Shown: piece after piece, positions 1 to 8,359 of the stretch
Numbering within the stretch: position 1 is the stretch's first letter
Layout of the letters: the number at the start of each line of letters is the position of its first letter
Source: Nitrospina sp. UBA6727
Lineage (GTDB): Bacteria; Nitrospinota; Nitrospinia; Nitrospinales; VA-1
Assembly (NCBI GenBank): GCA_002454045.1
Contig: DKID01000024.1
Location: 2,283-66,282, forward strand
Length of the DNA: 64,000 bases
Direction: 5' to 3'
Program-made: the position numbers and the translations under genes
The notes under the pieces: generated by a model
The model's input: the letters and a program-made list of their open reading frames with translations, nothing else
Databases searched by the model: none
What the model was told of the DNA's origin: nothing

Positions 1-1
1 G

Positions 2-1978
2 GTGGAAAATTATCTTGGCAAGGAAGGGATTTTATCTGCGCAGTTGGCGGGATTTGAATACCGTCGTCAGCAAATGGATATGGCGGATGCGGTGGAAAAG
101 GCGTTCGACAGTGGTCGTCACTTAATCGTGGAGGCGGGGACGGGGACGGGAAAAAGTTTGGCGTATCTCATCCCGGCGATTTTGTGGGCTGTGGAAAATA
201 ATAAGAAGGTGGTCATTTCGACTTACACCAAAACGCTGCAGCATCAGATTTTGAATCACGACATTCCTTTTCTGCGCGACAAGTTGGGAATTAATTTTCG
301 TTATGCGTTGTGTATGGGCAACGAAAATTATCTTTCGCTCCGGCGGTTAAAACGGTCTGCCCAGGCGGGATTATTCACCCGCGGCGGCGAGGAAAATCAA
401 TGGGAAGAAATTTTCAACTGGGCCGACGAGACGGAGACCGGCTACCGCAACGACCTCGCCTTTGAGGTTCTTCCGCGGGTGTGGGAAGAGGTGGGGCGGC
501 AGAAAGATTTGTGCCTGGGAAAAAATTGCGAAACGCATTCGTCCTGTTTTTATTTTAAGGCGCGGAAGAAATGGTTCGGCGCGCATCTTTTAGTCGTCAA
601 CCACCATTTATTTTTTGCCAACGCCGCCAACTCTGGGGCGGTGCTTCCCGCTTTCGACGCGGTGGTGTTTGACGAAGCGCAAAATCTGGAGGAGGCGGCT
701 ACGCAATTTCTCGGGCTGGAAATTTCCAACGCCAATTTGTTTTACTTCATGGACCGTCTCCACAATCCGCGCACCAACCGCGGACTGTTGGCGCGGATTG
801 ATCACGAGTCGGTGCCGCATCTTCGCAAGTTGGCGCTGTCGGCGCGGCAGGCGGTCGACGCTTTTTTCAATCACCTTCTGGAAGAGTATGGCAAGGACAA
901 CCGCGTCCTGCGGTTTTACAAACCACCCGCGCTCGACAACGGCGTGTATGCTCCGCTGGAAACTTTGCGGCAAGGATTGAAATCTTTGGAAGCGGGACTG
1001 CGCGCGGAAGAAGACCGGGTGGATGTGTCCGCCGCCGCCGAGCGTTGCTTCGAGTTCAACAATACTTTATCGGCAATCCTCAATCAGAATATGCGCGGAT
1101 ATGTTTACTGGATAGAAATCGCGCAACGCAAACGTTTCCCCCGCGTGGTCTTGCGCGGAGTTCCCATTCACGTTGCGGAAGAACTGCACAAACAGGTGTT
1201 CGATAAAGTGGAGCGGGTGGTCATGACTTCCGCCACGTTGACCACCGCCGCGGGATTTGAATTTGTTAAGGAACGCATCGGCTTTCGTCCCGACGAAGAG
1301 TTGTCGTTGGATGCGCCCTTCGATTATCCGCGCCAAGCGCTGCTCTATATTGCCGACGACCTCGCCGAGCCGAGCAGCGAAACGGGCGCCTACGCAGAAA
1401 GTATTGCCGACCGATGCCGGGAACTGGTGGCGGTTTCCGGCGGCAGAACTTTTATTTTGTTCACCAGTTACGCACTCCTCAATCAGGTTTATGAAAAGTT
1501 AGACGGACTGCAATTTCCGTTTCCGCTTATCCGACAAGGCGACATGCCGACTGGCCGCATGATAAAAAAATTCAAAGAAAAACCGTCGGTAATTTTCGGA
1601 ACCAATTCCTTTTGGCAAGGAGTGGACATCCCCGGCGATGCGCTGCGCAGCGTCATCATCACCAAACTTCCTTTTGACGTTCCCAAAGAACCGTTGACGG
1701 AAGCACGCATCGAAGAACTGCGCCAACAAAATATCGACCCGTTCCGGCATTACCAAATTCCCAGAGCGATCATCCAATTGAAACAAGGATTCGGTCGGTT
1801 GATTCGCAAGAAGACCGACACCGGCGTCGTCTCCATTCTCGATTCCCGGATGAGGCGGCGCGGCTACGGAAAACAATTCATCGCCTCATTGCCGCCGTGC
1901 CCGGTGACGACTCGGTTAGATGAAGTCCGCGACTTCTTCGCCGCCAACGACGGCACGATGACGGTGACGGCACGGTGA
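2..1978 (+). CDS. dinG: DinG/XPD-family ATP-dependent DNA helicase (Fe-S type); N-terminus lies at or just beyond the window edge
   Basis: Walker A EAGTGTGKS and DEAH-like box VVFDEAQN. Four-Cys stretch (CMGN..CLGKNC..SSC) as in Fe-S helicases. C-terminal helicase motifs FGTNSFWQGVDIPG and QGFGRLIR. The last residues, NDGTMTVTAR, are encoded by a GACGG-rich patch. Confidence 0.85.
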   Translation: MENYLGKEGILSAQLAGFEYRRQQMDMADAVEKAFDSGRHLIVEAGTGTGKSLAYLIPAILWAVENNKKVVISTYTKTLQHQILNHDIPFLRDKLGINFRYALCMGNENYLSLRRLKRSAQAGLFTRGGEENQWEEIFNWADETETGYRNDLAFEVLPRVWEEVGRQKDLCLGKNCETHSSCFYFKARKKWFGAHLLVVNHHLFFANAANSGAVLPAFDAVVFDEAQNLEEAATQFLGLEISNANLFYFMDRLHNPRTNRGLLARIDHESVPHLRKLALSARQAVDAFFNHLLEEYGKDNRVLRFYKPPALDNGVYAPLETLRQGLKSLEAGLRAEEDRVDVSAAAERCFEFNNTLSAILNQNMRGYVYWIEIAQRKRFPRVVLRGVPIHVAEELHKQVFDKVERVVMTSATLTTAAGFEFVKERIGFRPDEELSLDAPFDYPRQALLYIADDLAEPSSETGAYAESIADRCRELVAVSGGRTFILFTSYALLNQVYEKLDGLQFPFPLIRQGDMPTGRMIKKFKEKPSVIFGTNSFWQGVDIPGDALRSVIITKLPFDVPKEPLTEARIEELRQQNIDPFRHYQIPRAIIQLKQGFGRLIRKKTDTGVVSILDSRMRRRGYGKQFIASLPPCPVTTRLDEVRDFFAANDGTMTVTAR

Positions 1979-2020
1979 CGGTGGCGCGACGATGACGGCG
2001 GCGGCGCAGTGACATCGGCG
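1946..2020. repeat. GACGG-rich extragenic patch (family member 1)
   Basis: acgacggcacgatgacggtgacggcacggtgacggtggcgcgacgatgacggcggcggcgcagtgacatcggcg. Spans the dinG stop and the gap to the convergent gene. Confidence 0.7.
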
Positions 2021-2031
2021 AGTTTTCCCGA

Positions 2032-3348
2032 TTAAGTTGGTTGCCGATTTTCACGCACCGCATTCTGTTTCAGCGATTCACATTTTCGTTTATACCAACG
2101 ATACGCGTATTCCACTTTTTTCGATTTTCTGCCGGGGACAATGTATTCACCGTCGCCGTCAAAGGGGACGTAACTCATCTTGAGCATTTTATAAATGGAG
2201 TTGAGGTAGGAAGAAAAATCCTGATACATGGGAACCTCCGTCTTCAACTTAGGCATGCCTACTTCGCGAAACCGAGTCAAGGCTTCTCCGCAAGGGTGGA
2301 TAGTTTTCAGTCCTTCCCGACCGTGAACTTTTTCCGCATGCTGGGTGAGAGACTCGAAATCTTCCCAATCTTCCAAAGCATCGACATCGGCGACGAAGGC
2401 TGGGTCGTCGTGCACCGTGGTGGTCAGAGAGGTGTTGAGCAAACACGACGCCACTTTGTGAAAATTTTTCTGGGACATCCCGAACTGATACTGGTCGCCG
2501 GGGCGAATGCGATTTACATTTCGCCGGAACGTCAACAAATGATTCGCGACATAAGGGAGAACTTTAATCAGGCGCAAAGGATTTTTCATGGCGGCTTGGA
2601 TGCCCGCGTGAATTATTTTTCCATCTTTGCGGGAAGAGTGCAGACTGTCGATGATATCCGCATCCACCATCGAAAAATTTATGGGGTATAAATTTGGCTC
2701 TTTGAGATCCAGCAAACCCTCCCCGTGGCTGCCGATGAACCGATAATGATAATTGCGTTGGACGAATTCGCTGTCCAGATTCTTGGTAAATTCCGGGAAC
2801 ATCTTTTGCCGAGAATTTAGCCAAAGCACCAAGTTGTATTTTTTGTTGGCGGGAAAGCGCAATACTTTTTCCAGGTCGTATAAGAAAGGCAAATCGCCGG
2901 GTTGGAAGAGGACCAACTCATCGGGGGAGAGGGAAAGCAACTCCTTCCCCAAGTTCATGGTGCGTGCCAGATTAAGGTTGCGGGCATCTTCCCGCACGAA
3001 CCGAACGGTTTTCCCGCGGGCCCCGACGATGTCCAAGAAGCAGTCCATAACTTTTTCGACTTCCGCGGAGCCGACGACCACGATTTCGCGCAAGTTGGAA
3101 TTCAGCAAGTTGCTCAACGCGTAACACATGACGGGAATTCCGCGAATCAAAAAAAGAAATTTCAGTCGGTCGATGTCGTCATCTTCGGCTCTCAAGATAA
3201 GATGGCTGATGCCATTTTTCCCGGCGGCGATCTCACGCTCGGCCTTTGCCACGCTGAAGATATCGGCTTCGCGACGCGACGAATATTTGTCGTGACTGAA
3301 ACTGATGATGCACTTCTCGATGGGAATTTTGTTCGGCGTGGAAATCAT
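2032..3348 (-). CDS. hypothetical protein, possibly a nucleotidyltransferase-like (GT-A/MobA-type) fold; function unknown
   Basis: Uninterrupted 438-aa ORF with an ATG start and protein-like composition. The segment LIRGIPVMCYALSNL..REIVVVGS..PGDLPF loosely resembles MobA/sugar-nucleotidyl transferases, but no Gly-rich NTP loop is recognisable. Divergent from arc. Confidence 0.55.
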   Translation of the reverse strand: MISTPNKIPIEKCIISFSHDKYSSRREADIFSVAKAEREIAAGKNGISHLILRAEDDDIDRLKFLFLIRGIPVMCYALSNLLNSNLREIVVVGSAEVEKVMDCFLDIVGARGKTVRFVREDARNLNLARTMNLGKELLSLSPDELVLFQPGDLPFLYDLEKVLRFPANKKYNLVLWLNSRQKMFPEFTKNLDSEFVQRNYHYRFIGSHGEGLLDLKEPNLYPINFSMVDADIIDSLHSSRKDGKIIHAGIQAAMKNPLRLIKVLPYVANHLLTFRRNVNRIRPGDQYQFGMSQKNFHKVASCLLNTSLTTTVHDDPAFVADVDALEDWEDFESLTQHAEKVHGREGLKTIHPCGEALTRFREVGMPKLKTEVPMYQDFSSYLNSIYKMLKMSYVPFDGDGEYIVPGRKSKKVEYAYRWYKRKCESLKQNAVRENRQPT

Positions 3349-3464
3349 AGAATCAAAAAAGAATCGAAAAAATTAGTCGTCAGACGCTGCAAAATATTGA
3401 CTTGATTTATAAAAAATTTTATTCATACAATCAAGAGTTCTCACTAAAAATAAAGGACGTGTTC

Positions 3465-5081
3465 ATGGGAGACCAAACCCACATCGTGGAATTGATCGAT
3501 CAGGTTTTGGATGAAACACAAGACCGCCCGCAATTACAAGAAAAAGTATTTGACCTCAGGGACGCCCTGTTCCAAGCCCAGCAATCTGCCCAACAGTCTG
3601 CACTTAAAATCAAGACGTTGGAAGACGCTATCGAAAAACTAAAATCCCCCGCCCATCGCATCGGCACGATACTGAGCCAGGTAGAGGAAGGCTTGGTTCG
3701 TCTCGCTTGCGGGGGCGCGGAATATCAAGCGGCGGTCGTTCCAGAATTGGCGGAAAGTGGAGCGCTGAAAACAGGCGATCAGGTGGCGCTGAATGAAGGG
3801 TTTGTGGTGATTGCCCGATTGTTGCGTCCCAGCCAGGGACCGTTGGCGAAAATTTCTGGGAAGCTTGCCGACGGACAATGGTTGGTGCAGGCGGCGACCG
3901 GCAACACGGAAACTATCGTCCTCGCGCGCGACGGTCTGGATGAAACTAGATTGAAAGAGGGGGAAGAAATTTTTCTCGACGCCAACCAAAAAGTTATCTT
4001 GGGAAAACTTCCGCAACGGGAATCCCGCGCCCTCATCGAAGACGATTACGAGCAAGTAGAATGGTCGCAGGTCGGCGGGCAGGAAAAAGTAAAAGAAGAG
4101 GTGCGCAAAGTTCTCGAATATCCGCTCTTGCATCAGGAAATCCTGAACCAGATGGAATATCAGATGCCCAAAGGGTTTTTGTTTTACGGTCCACCAGGTT
4201 GCGGCAAAACTCTCATCGGCAAAGCGATTCTCACCGAGGTGATTCGCAAACTTTCCGAACAGGAAGAGTCGGAATTACAAGGTCGCTTCATCCATGTGAA
4301 GGGGCCAGAGATTCTCAACATGTGGCTTGGAGAATCGGAACGGAAGATCCGTGAAATTTTTAAGAAGGCGCGGGACTATAGAGAGAAGGGACAGATTCCT
4401 TTTATATTTATAGATGAAGCGGAATCTATTTTGGGAACGCGGCAGGCTTGGCGCGGCTCCAATATTAACAACACGGTGGTGCCGATGTTTTGCGCGGAGA
4501 TGGACGGCATCCAGTCCCTGCGCGAAACGGTGGTGATTCTGGCGACCAATCGTCCCGACCTAATTGACCCGGCAATTATCAGGCCCGGAAGAATTGACAG
4601 AAAAATAAAAGTGTCGCGTCCTAACCGCGAAGAATGCAAAGCCATCCTGCGCGTTTACCTGAAAGAAGGACTGCCCCGCGAACACGAAGATTTCGACGCC
4701 ATGGCGGAACCATTTTTGGATCACCTCTTCAAGCGAAACGCCAGTCAAGAAGTGTTGGTGCTGACTTTACGAAGTGGCGGCAACCGCAAAATGTATTGGA
4801 AGGATTTTATTTCCGGCGCGGTCATCGAGGGAATCATAAAGCGTGCGAAGGAAAGAGCCATCGAGCGGGCGATTCACGGCGAAGCATTGCGCCTGACCGT
4901 GGACGACATGATAGTTTCCATGGAGACGGAATTTCAGGAGGGCCATCTGCTTCCCGCCGAATCTCATCTGGAAGACTGGCTGCAACTTTTGGATATGGAA
5001 TCAAAAAATGTTGTGCAAGTGAGGCGTCCCGGCGAATCGGATCAAGCAACCGAAAACACAATGCGCAGGTCCGTCATATGA
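3465..5081 (+). CDS. arc: proteasome-associated AAA+ ATPase (ARC/Mpa family)
   Basis: N-terminal coiled coil (LQEKVFDLRDALFQAQQSAQQSALKIKTLEDAIEKLK). Walker A GPPGCGKTLIGKA, Walker B FIFIDEAES, and NRPDLIDPAIIRPGRIDRKI. Start placed at ATG 3465 (AAGGA 8 nt upstream) rather than TTG 3402 of the ORF track. The stop overlaps the dop start (ATGA at 5078-5081). Confidence 0.9.
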   Translation: MGDQTHIVELIDQVLDETQDRPQLQEKVFDLRDALFQAQQSAQQSALKIKTLEDAIEKLKSPAHRIGTILSQVEEGLVRLACGGAEYQAAVVPELAESGALKTGDQVALNEGFVVIARLLRPSQGPLAKISGKLADGQWLVQAATGNTETIVLARDGLDETRLKEGEEIFLDANQKVILGKLPQRESRALIEDDYEQVEWSQVGGQEKVKEEVRKVLEYPLLHQEILNQMEYQMPKGFLFYGPPGCGKTLIGKAILTEVIRKLSEQEESELQGRFIHVKGPEILNMWLGESERKIREIFKKARDYREKGQIPFIFIDEAESILGTRQAWRGSNINNTVVPMFCAEMDGIQSLRETVVILATNRPDLIDPAIIRPGRIDRKIKVSRPNREECKAILRVYLKEGLPREHEDFDAMAEPFLDHLFKRNASQEVLVLTLRSGGNRKMYWKDFISGAVIEGIIKRAKERAIERAIHGEALRLTVDDMIVSMETEFQEGHLLPAESHLEDWLQLLDMESKNVVQVRRPGESDQATENTMRRSVI

Positions 5082-6550
5082 ACGTTCCCCTCTTGGGCTT
5101 GGAGACCGAGTATGGAATCATCCGCGAAGATTTAGAAAATTCCGACCCGGTTGAAGAGTCGATGGAACTGTTGAAGGCTTGCGCGCGCAAAAGTGTTTTC
5201 CGCAAATGGAATTACTCGCGGGAAAATTCGCATCTAGACATGCGCGGGTTTCGCGTCACCGCGTTGGCGCAAGACGAAGAAGAGGATGCCTTTTGCGCCG
5301 CAGACCGCGCGAGGCCATATTCCTATTTGGATATGAAGTGCGACCGCGTTTTGACAAACGGCGCGCGTTTTTATAACGACCATACTCACCCCGAATACAG
5401 CACGCCAGAATGTCGCACGGTGTTATCCCTCGTAGCCCACGACGTCGCGGGGGAAAGAATCATCGCCGAATGCGCGGCCATCCGCAACCAAGAACTGGCG
5501 GGCAATCCGTTGCAGGTGTTCAAAAATAATACCGACTACAGCGGCCACAGTTACGGAACTCACGACAACTACCTCATCCCCCGCGGCATTCCGTTCGCGG
5601 ATGTGGTGGACGGACTAATCCCCTTTTTGGTGACGCGCCAGTTGTACGCCGGCGCCGGGAAAGTCGGGTCGGAAAATCCGCGCGCCAATCACTTCCGCGG
5701 ATTGCAGTTGGCGCAACGGTCTGACTTCATCGAAACGCTTTTAAGCATTGAGACCATGACGAAGCGTCCGCTCATCAACACCCGCGACGAACCGCACGCG
5801 GCGAGCGAGCGATACCGCCGTTTGCATTTGATTCTCGGCGACGCCAACATGTCCGCCTACGCGACGGCGTTGAAAGTGGGAAGCACATTTCTGATGCTCA
5901 ACTTGATCGCCGGCGGCGACAAACTTCCCGATTTGGAATTGGCGGACCCGGTCGGCGATGTGTTGAAGGTGTCCCTCGACAAAACCGGGAAAACCGTTTT
6001 GCGGCGCAAGTCAGGGGGAACCATCGCCGCCGTTGAAATTCAGGAAGTTTATCTCGAGACAATAGAAAAAAAGTTTGCCGGGGAAAACCCGGAGTGGGAT
6101 TGGATTCTTGCGGAATGGAAAAAAACCCTGGGCGAACTCAAGCATAGCCCGGAAAAACTTTCCGACCGTATTGACTGGGCGATTAAGGAAAAATTATTCG
6201 CCGAGTTCATGCAGTCGGAAGGCGTCGGCTGGGACGACCCTTGGCTCAAGAGTTTGGATTTGGAGTACCACAATCTCGACCCCGACCGCGGACTGTATCG
6301 CGGATTGCAACAGGAGGGAGCGGTGCATTCCTTGCTCGACGAAAATGAAATCGCCGCGGCGGTGTTGTCGCCTCCCGAAGGAACCCGCGCGCAGATAAGG
6401 GGGAAAGCGGTGGCGCAAGATGCGGACGATATAAAAAGTATTCACTGGACCGGAGTGGAGTTCACCAACGGAGAACGTCTGGACCTGACCGGAGTTATCT
6501 GCGTCGAAGAAGTTGAAGACGTCCTCAACTCCAAGGGGCAACTCGTCTAA
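5078..6550 (+). CDS. dop: Pup deamidase/depupylase Dop
   Basis: Begins MNVPLLGLETEYGI, the Pup ligase/deamidase family signature. Carries an insertion (RKWNYSRENSHLDMRGFRVTALAQDEEEDAF...) at the position of the Dop-specific loop. LTNGARFYNDHTHPEYSTPEC parallels mycobacterial Dop as recalled. The ORF-track start at 4634 is an extension overlapping arc in another frame. Confidence 0.85.
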   Translation: MNVPLLGLETEYGIIREDLENSDPVEESMELLKACARKSVFRKWNYSRENSHLDMRGFRVTALAQDEEEDAFCAADRARPYSYLDMKCDRVLTNGARFYNDHTHPEYSTPECRTVLSLVAHDVAGERIIAECAAIRNQELAGNPLQVFKNNTDYSGHSYGTHDNYLIPRGIPFADVVDGLIPFLVTRQLYAGAGKVGSENPRANHFRGLQLAQRSDFIETLLSIETMTKRPLINTRDEPHAASERYRRLHLILGDANMSAYATALKVGSTFLMLNLIAGGDKLPDLELADPVGDVLKVSLDKTGKTVLRRKSGGTIAAVEIQEVYLETIEKKFAGENPEWDWILAEWKKTLGELKHSPEKLSDRIDWAIKEKLFAEFMQSEGVGWDDPWLKSLDLEYHNLDPDRGLYRGLQQEGAVHSLLDENEIAAAVLSPPEGTRAQIRGKAVAQDADDIKSIHWTGVEFTNGERLDLTGVICVEEVEDVLNSKGQLV

Positions 6551-6572
6551 AAGTTCGCGAGGAAAATTAAAA

Positions 6573-7319
6573 ATGTTCGAAGAGCCGTATCGCTGGATGG
6601 AAGCGGTTTCCAATCGCCACAGTTATGTTCAGGAAAGGCTGAAGTTGGGGCAACCGGTGTTTTCGGTTCCGTTCGATGAAGGCGTGCTGATTGTGGGGTT
6701 CGCACCACAGCGGGGCAAGATATTCGAAATCTACGATCGGATTGCGTTAGGCGGCGTGGGGCATCCCGCCGATGTAGAACGGTTGCGCATGACCCTTCTG
6801 GAGATGGCGCATTTGGAAGGCTTCAACCGTTCGGCGCAGGACGTAACGTTGGCGCGGCTCCTACAATTTGGAATTGCCCCGGCGCTCAAACAAAATTTTG
6901 AAGAAATCCAACGGGCTCCTTACATCATTCGCCTCCTGCTTGTCGAACTAGACCGCGAATGCAATCCAACTTTTTTCCGCATAAACTACGACGGACATTG
7001 GGAAACTTTTAAAGACGGCACCGTCATCGCCGGCAAAGAAAAAATTATGGATTGGATTCAGAAAGAAATCCGCGCCCTTCCCTTCGCGACGTTCACGCTC
7101 GACAAGGCGTTGGAGGAAGTCTGTCGGCTTTGGGTGGAAAGCAAAAAGCAAGAGGACGGCGACGGGGACGACGATAAAGATTTTCCCAAGACTTTGAAAG
7201 AGGCTTTTGATCAATGGTATCTTGAGGGAGCCTTGCTATCAGGGAAAGTAGAACGAAGAGCCATCTACAGAACTCTCACCGAAGAAGAAATTGGAAAGTT
7301 AAAATCATCGGTCGGTTGA
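6573..7319 (+). CDS. prcA: 20S proteasome alpha subunit
   Basis: 248 aa with no N-terminal Thr active site. VFSVPFDEGVLIVGF..IFEIYDRIALGGVGHPADVERLR matches the bacterial PrcA pattern (..[32 protein letters not shown]). GAGGA lies 9 nt upstream of ATG 6573. Confidence 0.8.
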   Translation: MFEEPYRWMEAVSNRHSYVQERLKLGQPVFSVPFDEGVLIVGFAPQRGKIFEIYDRIALGGVGHPADVERLRMTLLEMAHLEGFNRSAQDVTLARLLQFGIAPALKQNFEEIQRAPYIIRLLLVELDRECNPTFFRINYDGHWETFKDGTVIAGKEKIMDWIQKEIRALPFATFTLDKALEEVCRLWVESKKQEDGDGDDDKDFPKTLKEAFDQWYLEGALLSGKVERRAIYRTLTEEEIGKLKSSVG

Positions 7320-7372
7320 CTTCCCGATGCGGGATGAAGCAGAACGACCGAGCAAGCAAAGGAGTTGATTCC

Positions 7373-7549
7373 ATGGAAATGAACGATCCTCTGAGAAGGG
7401 ACGAAAAAAAAGAATCCAGTCCAGACCGCCATGACTCCGGTCCTTCCGGCCCCGAATCTTCACGGCCCGGGCGGGATAATCTTTTGAAGCGGATGAAAAA
7501 GGTGGACCCGAAACAAACGGAAAAATACAAACAGAGAACGGGTCAATGA
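7373..7549 (+). CDS. pup: prokaryotic ubiquitin-like protein Pup (atypical, basic, C-terminal TGQ)
   Basis: 58-aa ORF inside the proteasome locus with AAAGGAG 8 nt upstream of ATG 7373. It ends ...EKYKQRTGQ-stop; a terminal Gln preceded by Gly is the Pup hallmark. The N-terminal half is disordered and rich in Ser/Pro/Gly. The stop overlaps the prcB start (ATGA at 7546-7549). Confidence 0.7.
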   Translation: MEMNDPLRRDEKKESSPDRHDSGPSGPESSRPGRDNLLKRMKKVDPKQTEKYKQRTGQ

Positions 7550-8340
7550 GTTTTCAATCCAACGCCCAGAGTTCGCCCGGAGATTTTTTCGAACTGCTGG
7601 GAAGGTCTGGCTATCGCTGGCAAACCCGAGTTGATCCGCAGACGCAAAACGATTTTGCCGTAACCCAAGGCACAACCGTTCTCGCGTTCCACTTTAAGGA
7701 TGGAGTGATCGTCGCCGGCGACCGACGGGCGACAGCCGGCAACAGCATCATGTATGAACATTGCGACAAAGTCATTCCCATTGATGATTACTCGCTGATG
7801 GCCATTGCCGGAGTTCCCGCCACCGCGTTCGAGATGGCGCGCATCCTCACTCATAACTTCGAGTTCTTCCGACGTTCGCAAATGCAATCCATGAGCGGAG
7901 AGGGAAAAATCCGCACCTTGTCAAAACTGCTGAAAGAAAATGTCGGCATGGCAATCCAGGGACTAGGGGCAGTGAGCCCGATATTTGCCACCTACGATTT
8001 GCAATCCAAAAAACCCGCCATACATTTTTACGATATGCTCGGGGCGGACTTTCAGATTCGCACTCACACCGCGACCGGGTCCGGTTCGCCGACCATTCGC
8101 GGAATTTTGGAACACGAAGACCTGTGGGGGGAAAAACCCTTAGCGGAAAGATCCGAAAGCAACGCGGTCACCCTCGCCGTCCGACTGTTGCAAACCGCGG
8201 CGCAGTTTGATTCCGCCACCGGCAAAGCCCGCCCCGACGATGAAATTTTTCCCACCGTGGCAATAATTACCGAAGAGGGGTACCGGTTTATGGACGACAA
8301 GGAACTGACGGATATTTGCAAGACATCCCTGAGACGTTAA
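7546..8340 (+). CDS. prcB: 20S proteasome beta subunit with propeptide
   Basis: A propeptide of about 42 residues ends ..AVTQG and is followed by TTVLAFHFKDGVIVAGDRRATAG (Thr1 nucleophile context G|TT). An Ntn-hydrolase beta-subunit pattern runs throughout. Confidence 0.9.
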   Translation: MSFQSNAQSSPGDFFELLGRSGYRWQTRVDPQTQNDFAVTQGTTVLAFHFKDGVIVAGDRRATAGNSIMYEHCDKVIPIDDYSLMAIAGVPATAFEMARILTHNFEFFRRSQMQSMSGEGKIRTLSKLLKENVGMAIQGLGAVSPIFATYDLQSKKPAIHFYDMLGADFQIRTHTATGSGSPTIRGILEHEDLWGEKPLAERSESNAVTLAVRLLQTAAQFDSATGKARPDDEIFPTVAIITEEGYRFMDDKELTDICKTSLRR

Positions 8341-8359
8341 TTTTTAGAAGTCCGCGAAA

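Noticed and set aside
4634-5077. N-terminal 148-aa extension of the dop ORF in the ORF track
   Set aside because: The extension overlaps arc in another frame and is Arg/Gly/Ser-rich. The family-typical N-terminus MNVPLLGLETEYG starts at 5078 with ATGA coupling to arc.
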